64,000 nucleotides of DNA from Alloascoidea hylecoeti. Taxonomy: Eukaryota. The notes beneath the pieces were generated by a model. The model was not told the origin of the DNA and did not search any database. It worked only from the letters and a program-made list of their open reading frames with translations. The translations under genes and the position numbers were made by a program. This document shows, in pieces, positions 23,113 to 37,800 of the stretch (the first letter of the stretch is position 1; every line of letters begins with the position of its first letter). Where the stretch lies: the NCBI GenBank assembly GCA_001600815.1, contig BCKZ01000011.1:227622-291621 (forward strand). Reading direction: 5' to 3'.

Positions 23113-23854
23113 GATATAATGAATATCAAAATTATAGGAAGTAGAGTGTCTGGAAGTCTTTTTTTTTTCTTACAAGAAATATAAATATAGAGTGTTGTAA
23201 TATGAAGTGATGTAATTAAACGTTGATCTTAAACAATTGTAAAGATGGCCTGGAGATATTCGTTCAATTAGATCCCCTGTAGCGCTTAAAAAACTCTTTG
23301 TCTATTTAAATTTGGTCGAAGCTCTCATAACTCGTCGTTTTTTATTTCTTTATATGTAGTTAGGAAAAGGCTTTTAGATACAGACATTCGATATTGATAC
23401 CCTAAATGTTATAACTAAAAGATTCTAACGTTACTTAACCTCATTTTGAGGTTTCCCATCTGAATTACCGTTCTTTTATTGTATTTTATAAATGAGCATT
23501 TATTTTTTATTATCATCTTTTACAGATTATTTTCTTCAAAGAAATCCTCTATTAGGGATTTTGAAACTAAGGATGTCTTCTATATATGATTGTATAATTG
23601 AAAGATCAAATGAATTTTTTATTCGTATTCTTCTAATCAAAAATTTGACAATGAAGGTAATTACAATCGTCAAATTATATATTTTCATTATTCAAATTCA
23701 TGTAGGTTAAATAATTGACTCAGCTCGTTAACTTTATACAAATTATGTTAGATTTTAGTTATAACCCATACGATAGATATCGATAATTTAATCGTAATAG
23801 TACTACTGTTTGCTGTATATTGAGACCTATAGTTTAACTATATGAGCCTTTCGC

Positions 23855-24054
23855 TCGCGAGAGTGGGGTTTACTGAGACAATACTAAAATCTTTTTATCT
23901 CCTTGACTTGAACGAGATCGATAAGAATATAATGTCGGATTTCTTGAATTCTAAATTCAAACTTCCAACTGGATTTATTCAGGGTATTCTGAGTAATAAT
24001 TTTGACCATAATATTGATTGGGATATGGCAGAAAAATATGTTCCTTATTTATAG
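23855..24054 (+). pseudogene. 3' fragment of the secreted-protein gene at 41454-42218
   Basis: ETILKSFYLLDLNEIDKNIMSDFLNSKFKLPTGFIQGIL...DWDMAEKYVPYL is near-identical to the C-terminus of that ORF. The 3' flank is shared to ~24240. Confidence 0.88.
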
Positions 24055-24338
24055 TACGATACATTCCTGGAATAAGAATAACTAGTCGATATATAGTTGT
24101 TTATCTATTTTTCTCGTTATAATATTTCATATTTTATTCATTTATCTCTTTAAATATATTTTTGCAAGTATAATGCCCTATAGTTTTTTAATTGGACCTT
24201 TTAATCATTTTGAGTTTCTATTTTAAATTCTGTAAAATTATTTAAAATATTGTACAAGTATAATGAACATAAGGTATTCACCACCAGGATAAATTAAACA
24301 AAAGAAAAAATATATACTCATATATCACAAATTTGCAA

Positions 24339-25545
24339 TTAATTTTCTAATGCTTGTAATCTAACTAATTCATAATATCTTAATTTATTATTCATCAATT
24401 GTTCATGAGTACCTTGCTCTAGAATCTTTCCATTTTCAAAAACATAAATGATATCTGTATGTTGAATGGTACTGAGTCTATGAGCAACAGCAATTGTAGT
24501 TCTTCCTTTGGCATCAAAAGCTCGTTGTACAATATTTTCAGATTCCGAATCTAAAGCACTTGTCACTTCATCCAATAATAAAATCTTTGGATTTCTAGTC
24601 AACGCCCTTGCAATTGCAATTCTTTGTTTTTGTCCACCAGATAGTAATGTACCTTTTGAACCACACATTGTATCATAACCATTTGGTAATGATATAACAA
24701 AATCATGAATATTTGCTAATTTTGCAGCTTCAATAATTTCTTCTTCACTAACATCATTGTCTGTCCCTAAATTTATATTTTCTTTAATACTTACAGAATA
24801 CAATATAGGTTCCTGCTGAACAAGAGAAATACATTTTCTATAATCATTAATATTTAAAGTAGTAATATTTTCACTATTCATTAATATTCTACCATGCAAT
24901 GGATCATAAAATCTTTCAATTAAACCAATAGTTGTATTTTTCCCGCAACCAGAAGAACCCACTAATCCGACATATTGTCCTCTTTTAACAGTCAAATTTA
25001 ATCCTCTTAAAACAGGAACTTCTGCTCTTCTAGGATATCTACAATGAACATTTTCAAATTCTATATCACCTTGAATTTCATTTGGTTTGATTGTTTTACC
25101 TTCTGAAGATGTTGTGTCAATTCTTGGCTTATTTTTCAAAACTTTATAAACATTTTGCGTAGCTTGTTTTGCCCTACCAATACCAGGAGAAAAAGCAAAC
25201 ACAGTACCAGCAGTTTCAGCTCCAAAAATAACCGCAATGTAAGAAACAAAGTATTGAAATGTAGTGGATTTCCCTTGTTTCATTAAAGTTGCACCATACC
25301 AAAATCCAAGACCCATAATCCATGAAGCAATACATTCTCCAATACCAAAGAGTAAACCAGATTTTGAAACAGAAATTGCAGATATTCTAACTTGAGCTCT
25401 AAATTTATTACGATAAGTTTCCCAAACACCTTCTTGTCTAGTTAAAGCAGCAACTGTTCTAATTGAAGAAGTAGCATCACAAGCATAGGAAGCTGATTTT
25501 TCATAAGCTTTTTTTTTATTCAAACACTTGAGACTTACTACTACC
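24339..25545 (-). pseudogene. 5'-truncated ABCB/MDR1-type transporter fragment (last TM helices + NBD2)
   Basis: SIRTVAALT, GLGFWYG, Walker A altered to GSSGCGKNT, LSGGQKQRIAIARAL, LLLDEVTSALD. No upstream TMD1/NBD1. Confidence 0.85.
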
Positions 25546-27241
25546 GGCTTTTCGTATCCGTTCATCAAGCTTTTCTTTGAATACAGAGAATTTTGATTTA
25601 AATATACTCATTTTGAAGATGAATAAAGTTAATTATCTTTCACTTGGTTTATTGATAATTACTAGTATTGTTTAGCTTTTAATTAACAAAAACTTATTAA
25701 GAATTTAATCAGATTTGGTTAATATTATGTGGAGTTTTATTAGGTGAATTTTATCCAACTGCACATAACCAATTATATTATTTAATTTTTAAACACTATA
25801 AAAAAAGATATATATTGCGGTATTATGATTACCATACTTGCATTTATTTAAGATTTCGGATTGTATTCATCTGCATATGCAGTGTTATGCACCTTAAAAA
25901 TAAGCTTAATTATATCTATACATATAATACTTAATGACCAATTTGTATAATAATATACAAATTTTCTTTTAGCGTCATAAATAATTAACTGCAGATTGAT
26001 TTTTGGTTTCGTATCTTTTTCTTCAATTATATCCCGATGTTTTTGTGTCATCTCATAATTTTTTTTGGAATTTTTGGTTGGCCTTTCTGTGTCACTCATC
26101 TGATGCCTATGATAAATTCCTATTGACAGAAAACAAATTAGTAAAGTACGTTAATGAGACATGTAATTTTTAAGGATGTTATTGCACTTTATATGTGGAG
26201 TATTGTTATGCTAGATTTCGATGTACTTAATAAGAGTGAAGTTTGATGAATATATTTGATCAATTGAAAATAAAATTAGAAAAAGAAATGTTTAGTTAAG
26301 TGCTACATATACTCATGACAGATTAATATTACTAGTAATTATCAATATAAGACTATATAAATGAAGCCAATCTCTTATTTTTCCTTTTAGTTTGATAATT
26401 AATGCAAACTTTTCACTTTTCCTTCTAACCCAAGAAAATACAACTTGAAAATCAATATTAAAAAAATTGCACTCGATATTTCAGTTTTAAACTAAAAAAT
26501 GTATTATACGCATAATTTATACCTACTTATATACTTATACTACATTGAAATTTGTTTTTGCCTTTGTTTAGATACTAATAATTATTGATTTCGTAATTGT
26601 AATTGTAATTGTAATTGCATTTTATTGTTTTTTCTCACCAACTTGTGTAGTATCAGGTATTGATGAATGAGTTAATTCAGTCCATCATCTTCTCAATTCT
26701 CTTAATGCTGCTCTTCTTTTTATCATGTTTTATTCTCATGCATATTGGGTGGCAGCCGTTTATAGATTTAAGGGCGCTAACACTAAATACTGGATGTAAG
26801 TTTTCATTTCATACTCCAATAGAATCTCTAGTATCTAAGGAGCCTTATGCACTATTCTAAGAACTGTTTAAGGTCTTGTCAAAAATTAACTGGCTGGTTA
26901 ATAGTGGTTACATCATTTTGGAGAGTCTCAAAACACAAACACACGGGATATAAGAAAAAACCCGTCTTTATCCAAGACAGAGAAGTCCAATGAGTTGTTC
27001 TATTTTAATATGCATCTGCATAATAACAACCTTATTCAATTACAGGAAATTATACCACCAGCAACTATTCAGGTATATATTAATGGTTAAAGAGTCTTAT
27101 TTGTTATTTAAATTTCTAGTGAGTCAATTTTATGTAATGACATATTTAGATATTATTTGCTATAAATCAGTATTAAATTCAATTACACTTTTTATAAATA
27201 TGAACATAAAAATATCTATAAATAAATTTCAAAACTTATAT

Positions 27242-30024
27242 CTATTCTGATGTTTCTTGTGTCAATTTAGTTTGTTGTGATTCATTACTTATATCTGGTG
27301 TTAAATCAATTAAAGGTTTTGGTTGAACATTATTAATTTCTAAAGGAGTTGGGAATTTTGATTGATCATCACTAATTTTTAAAATCCTATCAGCAGTTTT
27401 TGATTTATTATCATTAATTAATTGATTTTTCCAACTTTCAACTGCATCATCTACATTACCACCATAAGTTAAAGCTAATAAAGCAGCTTCAGGATTTCTA
27501 CCAGTTGTTTTTAATAAATCAATTGCATTATTAATATCACCAATACACCATAAAGCATTAAAAGCAATATTATATTTTCCAGAATCTTTTGCAATTATTG
27601 CTAAATTTGAAAGACCTTCTTTATCAGAAATACTTGTATATAATAACATTAATGATTCTAAATCATTTGCTTTTTGAAAAGATTTTTTTGCTAATTTAAT
27701 ATTCCAATTTTTAAGAGCAGAATCACCTAATAATTTCCATTTATTTGAATCAAATTTTAATGAATTTTCAATAATTTCTTCAGCAATATTTAATTTACCA
27801 ATAGATAAAGCTAAATCAAATTTTTGATCAACATCATTTGTTATATTTAATGCTTCTTCTTTTAAACCTTGAGATTCTAAAAATCTTGCAATTTTTGACA
27901 TTTCATTTTCTGGAATATCTTGTAATAATTCTTCTGCTTGTTCAAATTCACCACGTAAAATAATTGTTTGATATTCTAAAACAGATAAAGAAAGATGAAA
28001 TGAGACAATATTAATATCTTTATCTGAAATATATACCCTACTATCTCTTGGAATATAACCTAATAAATAAACTTGTTTATCAAAATGACTAATTGTATAA
28101 GTTTTACCGCCAACAAGATAATTTAAACGATTTGAATAAGTTGTAAAAAGGAAACAATCACCAATCCATTTACCAGATGTAATTACTTCAGGTATATCAT
28201 AAAGAACTTCAAAGGCTTCTTCAACACCTTCTTCGGGATCTAATGAATCATTTTGTAAAGCATTCAAAAAAGAATCCCTATCAAAACGTAAAACATAAGA
28301 AGCTTCTTCACCAGAAATTAAAAGTAAATCACCACCTTCAGACCAATAAACATTAATTGGATTAATATCAATTCTTCTTACTAAAATCCCTGTTTCCCAA
28401 TCAAATAAACTTATAAAACCATCACCTTTAACAGATAATAAAGAACCTCCATAAATTTTTTCAGCAGTATAAGCAAATTGAACAGTAAAGGATCTTTCTT
28501 TAAAATTTTTAAATAACTTAATTGTATTTGAATCTTCACGAATTGCAAATTCATTTGAATCTTGAGCCCAAACAAAATCAAGAGCTTTACCATATGATTT
28601 ATTACGCCATGCTAAAGCAGTATAAATAATATATTCACCATCCCCAGCAACAGCAACAAATCTACCATTTGGAGAATGAACTAAAGTAGTTGGATAAACT
28701 TCAACAGATCCTAATTCTTTTTGAGATAATGGTAAAACTTCACCATCAATAATTTCATTTGATGCTGTTGTTGATTTATTAACTGCAGATGAAAAAACTT
28801 CAGAATGTTTTGCCCAAATGATTTTACCAACTGGATCCATTGAAATTGCAGGTTCTTCACTACCCATATTAATAATTAAATGACCAGCATCAAAACCTAA
28901 AGCAATTGAATTTCTACCTTTACGAAAAGCAATACACCATGCTCTTTCAAAACCATAATTTAATGTTTTTTCTAATTTATAAGTATTTGAATTCCATATT
29001 TTTATACTATTATCTTCAGCACCAGAAATTATAATTGGTAATTCAGGATGAAATATAGCAAATGAAACATTACTTGTATGACCTTCCATTGTTGCAATAC
29101 ATTCTTTTGTTTGATAATCCCAAACTTTAACAGTTTTATCATCAGAAGCAGTAATAAGATAAGGTTTATCAGATTGTGGATAATATTCAACAAAATTAAC
29201 ACCTTTTGGATTATGAGCATTTAAAGTAAAATTTGGAGAAGAAGAACCTAAAGACCAAACTTTAACAGTTCTATCTAAACAAGCAGAAGCAAAAGTATTT
29301 GGATCTCTTGGGTTAAAAGCCAAAGACATAACATAATGGGAATGACCTTCAAAAGTTTGATCACATTTCCAATTTTTCCCCCAATTCCAAAGTTTTATTG
29401 TCATATCATCACTTGAAGATAAAACATAATTTTGAGTTGGATGAACAGCAATTGAACGAATATAATCAGCATGAGCTTCAAATTGAGCAACTTTTTCACC
29501 AGTGTTGTAATTATAAACCCGAATATGGAAATCATCACTTCCAACGACAATCCAATTTTTTCGAGCAATGAATTTACCGGCTCTAACTGGTACATCGGTT
29601 ACATTAAATGTTTTGATGATTGTCTAAGCAAAACAAAAAGTTAGTATATAAATTGAGGTAAATCAATGGATAATGGAATATACCTCAGTCTCATACGACC
29701 ATATCTGGGCCTGCCCTATAAAAATAGATTGTTAGAACCCATTCATAAAACCCATTTGCTGCACTCATGCCTTAGCATCATAGTTAAGCATACCTCCATA
29801 TAAAGTAGTAAGAATCTGGAGAAAATAAGTTAGTTTTTAACAAACAATTGATGATTTCAGATAGTACTCACCCATGGTTCAGTTGGATGGAAATCGATGC
29901 CTTTGACACGATCAGTTCTGGATTGAAACTCTTTCTGGATAAAAATAAAAATAAAAGTTGGGATTGTCAGCATTCATATTGAGAGTGAGATTGCAAATAG
30001 TCATACTTTGATATCTAAACGCAT
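27242..30024 (-). CDS. SEC27: COPI coatomer beta' subunit (four short 5' introns between ~29625 and 30006)
   Basis: Spliced N-terminus MRLDIK|KEFQSRTDRVKGIDFHPTEPW|ILTTLYG|..QIWSYETE|TIIKTFNVTDVPVRAGKF; WD40 repeats; GEYIIYTALAWRNK. Confidence 0.95.
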
Positions 30025-30192
30025 TTTCAGGCTTTTGGAGATGTTGATGTTGTAATTGTGAAGGTGACCTGTTCTTTTCGCCGTTCCACCGTTTACACTG
30101 GCCACGCGTATACGGCAGCACGGTTGTTTATGCCACCATTTAACCATCTGTCTTTTCATCATCTCCGGTTTTTGGTTTTTTGACCCTTTTAA

Positions 30193-30866
<674 letters not shown>

Positions 30867-31003
30867 ATTTAGTTTTAAAACTTGTTACTTATTGAATTTT
30901 TTACAATATTATATTAGTGTGTAATAAAAATATATTTTCAATTTTATATTTTATATTTTATTCCTATATATTCCTATATATTAAAGAATAATAACAAATG
31001 TAA

Positions 31004-34000
31004 TTAATTTCTTGTTCTTTTTGAACTTCCTTCTTCTTTATTCCCACTACTAAAACCACGCTTTTTACCTTCTTTTCGGAAATATTCTTGTTTTTCTCTA
31101 CGTTCTCTATTTGCTTTTTGTTCTTTTGCCTTTTCCAATTTTTTAACATGTTCTTTCCATTTTTCATTCTTCTTTTCTTTTCTTTTAATTTCTTTATCTT
31201 TTCTAATTGTAAATGCTCTTTGTAATAATTGTCTTGCTTTTTTCTCTTCGCCACCTAAAACAACTGCACGTTTTTGTAAATAAGTTTTCTTCTTTTGTGG
31301 TTTCATTGTATGTAATTGAGATTTAAAAGGTAATTCAGATTGTATTGATTTTGGAATTTTTAGTGGATTAAATCTTCTTGTTTGTCTTTCAATTTTACCA
31401 TATGTTGAATCTTTTAAAACTGGTGTTTTTAAACCTTCTGTATATCGAACTTCTCCTGTTAATCTCATACCTTGCCAATTATTTTTATCAGATAATAATA
31501 ATGAAGTAACAGGATTATAAAATTGTCTTGGTTTAACAGGATACCAAGCTCTTAAAAATACAATATCACTTAATAATATTTTATCTTCAAATGTTGCACG
31601 AAAACATCCTTCTGGTTTACTTAAAGTTCTTTTAATTGTTCCTCTAATACCAGAAACTGTTTTAATTGATGCTCCTTCAAATTTTGCAGTTTCTAATGAT
31701 GAATTAAACATATCTTTAATAAAAGCAGTATTTTTAAAAATTTTATATGGATGACCAACTAATTTTAATTTTTTAACAATTTCAATACTTTTATCAATTT
31801 CTTTAACAACACCATTTGCACAAATTCTAAATGATCCAGTTGATTTATCTTGTGATACATTTGAAACCCCACAAAATCCTGTGTTTGGTGATACTAATGG
31901 ACCATAAATTGTTGCAATACAATGAATATGTTCAGGTGTATATTTTAACATTCTATTTCTTGTTCTTGAATCAGTTGTTGTATAAATTGGTATAGTTTGA
32001 AATCTTCTCCAACCAATTGATAAAATTAATGGATCATTTGATTTTAAAATTTTTTTATGCCATCTATGTCTTCTAATTGAAATTTGCATAAAACCAAATC
32101 TATCTTCTGTAGAAGATAAACCACCAACAATAATTGGAAATTTTGGATTAAAATTATTAATAAATTCACATGGAATATTTTCAAAAACTAATCGAACATA
32201 TGATCCTGCTTTATAACCAGAAAATTTAATTAATGATTCTGAATCTAAATTTGATTCAATTGTTTTATTAATTTCTAATTGTTTTGAAATTTTTGCCTTT
32301 TCAATTGCATAAAAAGTTTTTTCTTCATCATTTTCAAAATCATCATCATTATCTTCTTTTTCTTCTTCTTCTTCAAATTGTAAACGTAATTTTTCTTTTC
32401 TTTTTGCATTAAGTTCACGTTTTTGTTCTGTAGTTAATTTTTCATCAACTTCTTCATCCTCTTCGTCATCATTTTCATTTGAATCTTCATCTTCATCTTC
32501 ATCTTCTGAATTATCTTCATTTTCATTTTCGTCATCATCTTCTCCAGCTTCTAGATCTTCAAAATCACCAAACACTTCCTCATCATCATCTTCATCATCT
32601 TTATTATCTTTACTTTTCATTTTAGGAGCACCAAGAAATCTATTCGATATTCCAACAAAATCTTCTTCATTATTCCATTTCTCCTCTAATTCTTTTTCAT
32701 CATAAAAAGAAGAAACACAATCAAGTAATAAATCATTTTTTTTACCATCTTCATTATTATCAAAAGTTTCAGAATCTTTTTTTTTAAAAAAATCTTCATC
32801 TTCTTCATCATCATCATCTTTTTCAATATCTTCTTCTGAATCTGAATCTTCATTATCTTCATTTCTCCATCTTTTAATAACTTCTTCAGGACTTAAATTA
32901 TTAAGATATAATAATTTCCCAATATCCCAAACTTTTCTTCTTTTAAAATTTCCAGATTGTGTCCATGAATTTCTTGGTTCGTCTTCAAAATCACCTAATT
33001 CAGAATCACTTGAATAAGCATATTTAACATTTTTACGATTTGATTTTGAATTAATATTTGAATCATCATCTTTTAAAACATCTTTATAATTAATATCAAT
33101 TTCATCATAATCAACATCATCATTTTCATCATCTTCTTCATCATTTAATTCATCATCATTATAATCTTCATCTTTTAAAGCTTTTCCTAAAAAATGAGCA
33201 TTTCTCATTGATTTTCTACCAGTATTATTTTGATCTTCATCATTTGATTCTTCTTCACTTTGTTCTTCAACTTCATTTAAATCATCAGCTCCATCAAATA
33301 ATTTAATCCCTGGACCTTTTAATAATGAATCAGTTAATGTATTTTTAGCACTTTGTAAACTTGTAACCATTTTTTCACCTTGACCTTTTTCTTCACCAGG
33401 TATAAAACTTCTTTGACCCATTTCAACATAAACAGCATCTTTATCAACTAATATACCACCAACATCAGACATTGGAGCATAAATCGTTTTCATTTTTTCA
33501 TCTAATCTTTTTCTTCTTGTTGGAATTTTAATACCATTATTTTTTTCAGCCGATTCTGAAGCTAATCTTTCACGTTCTTCTTGTTGTTTTATCGAAAATG
33601 GAGTTGGACATGGATCAGGTAATTGTTCAACTTCTTTAACATTTAAATCACCAATACCAGGAATATGAATTCTTGCATTATTTGAAGGTAATGAAGTACC
33701 ACGTAAATAGCCATATAAAGTTATAGTTCTATCAATTTTTGGATTTGATTCAATTTTTTCAGGATGTGTTATATCAATAATTCTATCAGCTAATAAATAT
33801 GAATGTTCATTTCTCCATTTTAATGGTCTAAATTTCATTGTTGATAAAAATCTTGTTAAATTTAAAATTTCTCGATCTGGATATCTACCATTAATAATAC
33901 CACTTAAATAGAAAACTTTTGAACCTTGATAAACTTCGGTCCAAATTCTTTGTTTTAATCTTTTTTTACTGGCTCTTAAAGTTTTTGGTGATGTAAATAA

Positions 34001-34687
34001 ATCTAAATGAGTTGCTATTGTGAAAACTCTTGGAAAACCATGAGTCTTTAAAATTTCTAAAAATTCCATTGTTTCCATTTCTAATCCAAAATTTCCATCA
34101 ACTAATAGTAATACTAAATCTGCAATTTTCCCAATATCAATCATTGAATTTAGATCATTTGAACTTTCAATAAATGTTAATCGACGACGTTTCCCTGAAA
34201 CTACTGTTATTGGACCATTTAATTCTGTTAATGAATGTTTTGTATATCTTTTAACAAGTGATTTAATCAATGTTGATTTTCCAGTCTAAAATAGAAATTT
34301 AAAGTTGGTTAGAAAAATGAAAAATTGAAAATGAAAAATTGAAAATGAAAAATTGAAAATGAAATTTGAAGGTGAAGAAATATGTAACATACACCAGGAG
34401 GACCAACAACAGCAACAATGATAGGAGGAGGATCATCGGTTGTTCTATCGATCATAGGATTATGGAATTTTTTCTCATTCAGCTATAAAAGAGCATTAGC
34501 ATTAAACTTCATGGATGGTTACGATGAGATGGCTTACTTCTTGGGTTCTCTTGGCCATCCTCATCATCTTCATGGGAGCAGCGACCGCAAAGGCCTTCGC
34601 GTTATACCCATTCGCATGCAACTTCTTCTTGCTCGTGTTTTTCCCTTCAGAGGCAGCCCGATGGGGCTTATTGGCCTGTTTTTCCAT
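31004..34687 (-). CDS. BMS1: Ribosome biogenesis GTPase Bms1 (exons 34687-34538, 34482-34393, 34285-31004)
   Basis: GYNAKAFAVAAP, IVAVVGPPG|TGKST P-loop across an intron, GPITVVSGKRRRLTFIE, RNRMLKYTPEH, KTVSGIRG. Confidence 0.96.
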
Positions 34688-34856
34688 GTTGTGACGGTGC
34701 AGAAGAAAAACGAAAACGAAAAAATATTTCAGAAACCCCAACCGTCACGTGCTCTAGGGTGAAAAGGTGTGTGGGTGTTTCCTCGCGTTCCTCCAAAGGC
34801 CCGTGTTGACCTTTTCCCGTCAACAAAAGCTGCGTTTGGGTGGAATCCGGAAAANA

Positions 34857-37800
34857 ATGGTACGTTCAGTGTGGTGTTGTGGGGTTTGCGTGGGTGCTAA
34901 CCGAATCGTAGGTGTTCTACAACGCGAAACACGTCCAGCTGCTNCCCAATTTCGTACCTCCCGGAGTGGCTGTTTGGTCCATCAAAGAAACCGCGGAGGT
35001 CTTCACTTCCTATGACGAATACTTGAAACGGTACGTTACTGCTCACTGCTCGTTGGCACGGCCCGATCACTAACAACCTTTGAAAAGAATGTATTTCTAC
35101 AGCCAGAGACTGTTTTCTTGCGAAATCACGGGACGCCAGAATCTAACTTTCTTCGAGGCTTTGGAAAGTGAGGTATGTTCTTCAAGCAACAAAATCTGCC
35201 AACTCTACTAACAAAATCGTCATGAACAGCGCAAGGAGGTCACGGAGGTGGAATTATATTTCCCAGACCCTCTCAGGGAACCCATCATGAGATATATTCA
35301 ATTCCAAACCCATCCGTCTCTAGAAGATCTCGTGGATTACGTTTTCACTCGTGTTGAGTTTGATTTTTACCCTGGTGAAATTGTTATTGTGCGTTTAAAG
35401 CATGAAAGAGTTAAAGGTGTGGTTAAAGATCGTGAATTAAATTCTTCAAACTTCCCTTTACCAACCAAATATAAAGTTCTATTGTTAAGAAATAATACTG
35501 AAGTTTTTGTTAATCCAAATGAAGTTTATAGAGATCCAAAAGTTTTCACGAAGTGGTATTTAAAAACTTTTATTAAATTAATTGTTGCAAAACATGAAAA
35601 ATATCCTTGGATTTGGATAATAAAAGATAAATTTACAAAACATATAGTGAATTTTCCATATGTTATACCTGATGAAAAGAAAGTTAAACCTGCAATACAA
35701 ACACCCAAACTTACTATTCATCCCGAAATCATTGATTTAGATGCTGAACTTCCATCTCAATCTCAACCTCAACCTCGACCTCAACCTCAACCTCAACCTC
35801 AACCTCAACCTCAAATTCAACAGGTTACTCTATCCTCTTATTATCCAACTCAATCAAAAGTTCAAAATGTGCCTCAAGTTCAAAACTCTATTCAAACTTC
35901 TCCAAGTTCAATGTTATCCACTAAAGATATGCAATCTCAATTAGATCATCTCAACACTTCTTCTTCTTCTTCTCCAATGACTGATTTACAATCATTACAG
36001 AAAAAAGCTCTCCAAGAATTTCAAAAACAAATTTCACACAATCATACACAGCCACCAATAGAGCTTCAAAATCATATACAAACACAACCTCAACCTCAAT
36101 CTCAATCTCAACCTCAACCTCAACCTCATACTCATACTCATACTCAAGCATTCAAAACTATTCATAAAACAAGTGATTTAACTGATGATTTGTTCTTTCA
36201 TTATGATTATTCAACTCCAGCTAGAAGACCTCTACCCAAAATTGAACATGCATTTGATGAACCTGGTGAAATTCATAATCCTGAAACAATTTCAATGCTA
36301 TTAGAAACTTGGTCATTTTTAAATATTTATCATAAACCATTATTAATTGATAATTTTACATTAGATGATTATATCATTGCATTAAAAATCAATGATCCTT
36401 CAATAAAATGTAATCTATTAAATGAAATTTTTTGTTGTTTATTAAATTTATTTATTGGTACTGAAAGTAAACAATTATTAATTGATTTACCATTAGAATC
36501 ACTCTTTTATACTGATTATGAAAATAATAGAAGAAAACAAAGAGAAAAAGATAGAACAAAAAGATTAAGAAGACAAAAAAAGAGAAAAATTATGAATAAT
36601 CTTAATGGTAATAATGATAATTTAAATGATAATGATGAATTTGATTCTGATTTTGAAAATTCTGATTTTTCAATGGATTCAGATGATGAAGAATATGATC
36701 CAACTCGTGAAGAAATTGAAGAAGATGTTTTAAAAAATCGTAAAAGATATAAAAAAAAAACAAATAAATCAGAATCATTAATAAATTTTCATAATACAGA
36801 TTGGAAATCAAAATTAAAAAATCGAAATTTTAAAAATGGTAATTTATATCAAATTTTAATTTCAATTTTAAATTTATTATTATTTATAAAAGATTTTCAA
36901 GATGATATAAAAAAAATTTTAGATATTTTATGTCCATTAGATAAAAATGTTAATTTAATTATAACAAAAGATCAATTTTTTAAAAAATTAAATTGTTTTT
37001 ATAAATTAAAAATTTTAAAAATTTTAATTTCTTTAATTTCAAATTCAAAAATTATTAAAAATTATATTGAAAATTCAATGATTGAAAGTAATGAATTAAA
37101 TAAACAAATTGATAAAATTAATGATGATATAAAACAATTAAATGATGAAATTGATCAATTAAAAATTGAAAAATTGAAAATTATTAATGAAAATGATAAA
37201 GAAAAAAATCAAAAAGATAAAAATAATGAAAAAATTGATGATGATGATGATGATGATGATGATGTTGAAATTATAAGTCTTACTTCATTTTCAAATCAAT
37301 TACCAAAAAATGATGATGAAAATAAATTTGAGAAATCATTAAAATTGATATCTTCAAAAATTGATAAATTAAATAAAAAAATTGATAAATTAAAAATTAA
37401 AAAATTAAATTTAAATAAACAAATTTCTGAATTAGATTGTCAAAGAGTACGATATTTAGGTAAAGATCGTTTATATAATAGTTATTGGTGGTTTGAATTA
37501 AATGGTGTACCTGTTTTAGGTAATGATGATGATGTTGATAAATTAGATAAAAAGGAAAAATCAAATGCTAATTCAATTAATGGGGATAGTTCAAATAGTA
37601 ATACGGATAATGATTCAGATTCAAATTCAGATGATAATGATTCAGATGATTCAGATGATATTCCTGTAATTTTTGATGATACTTATCTTATGGGTCGTTT
37701 ATGGATTCAAGGACCAACTACTGAAGAAAGAACTAATTATCTTCATATATCTAATATTGTTTTACATACATGGCTAAGAAATCAAAATAATAGATGTAAT

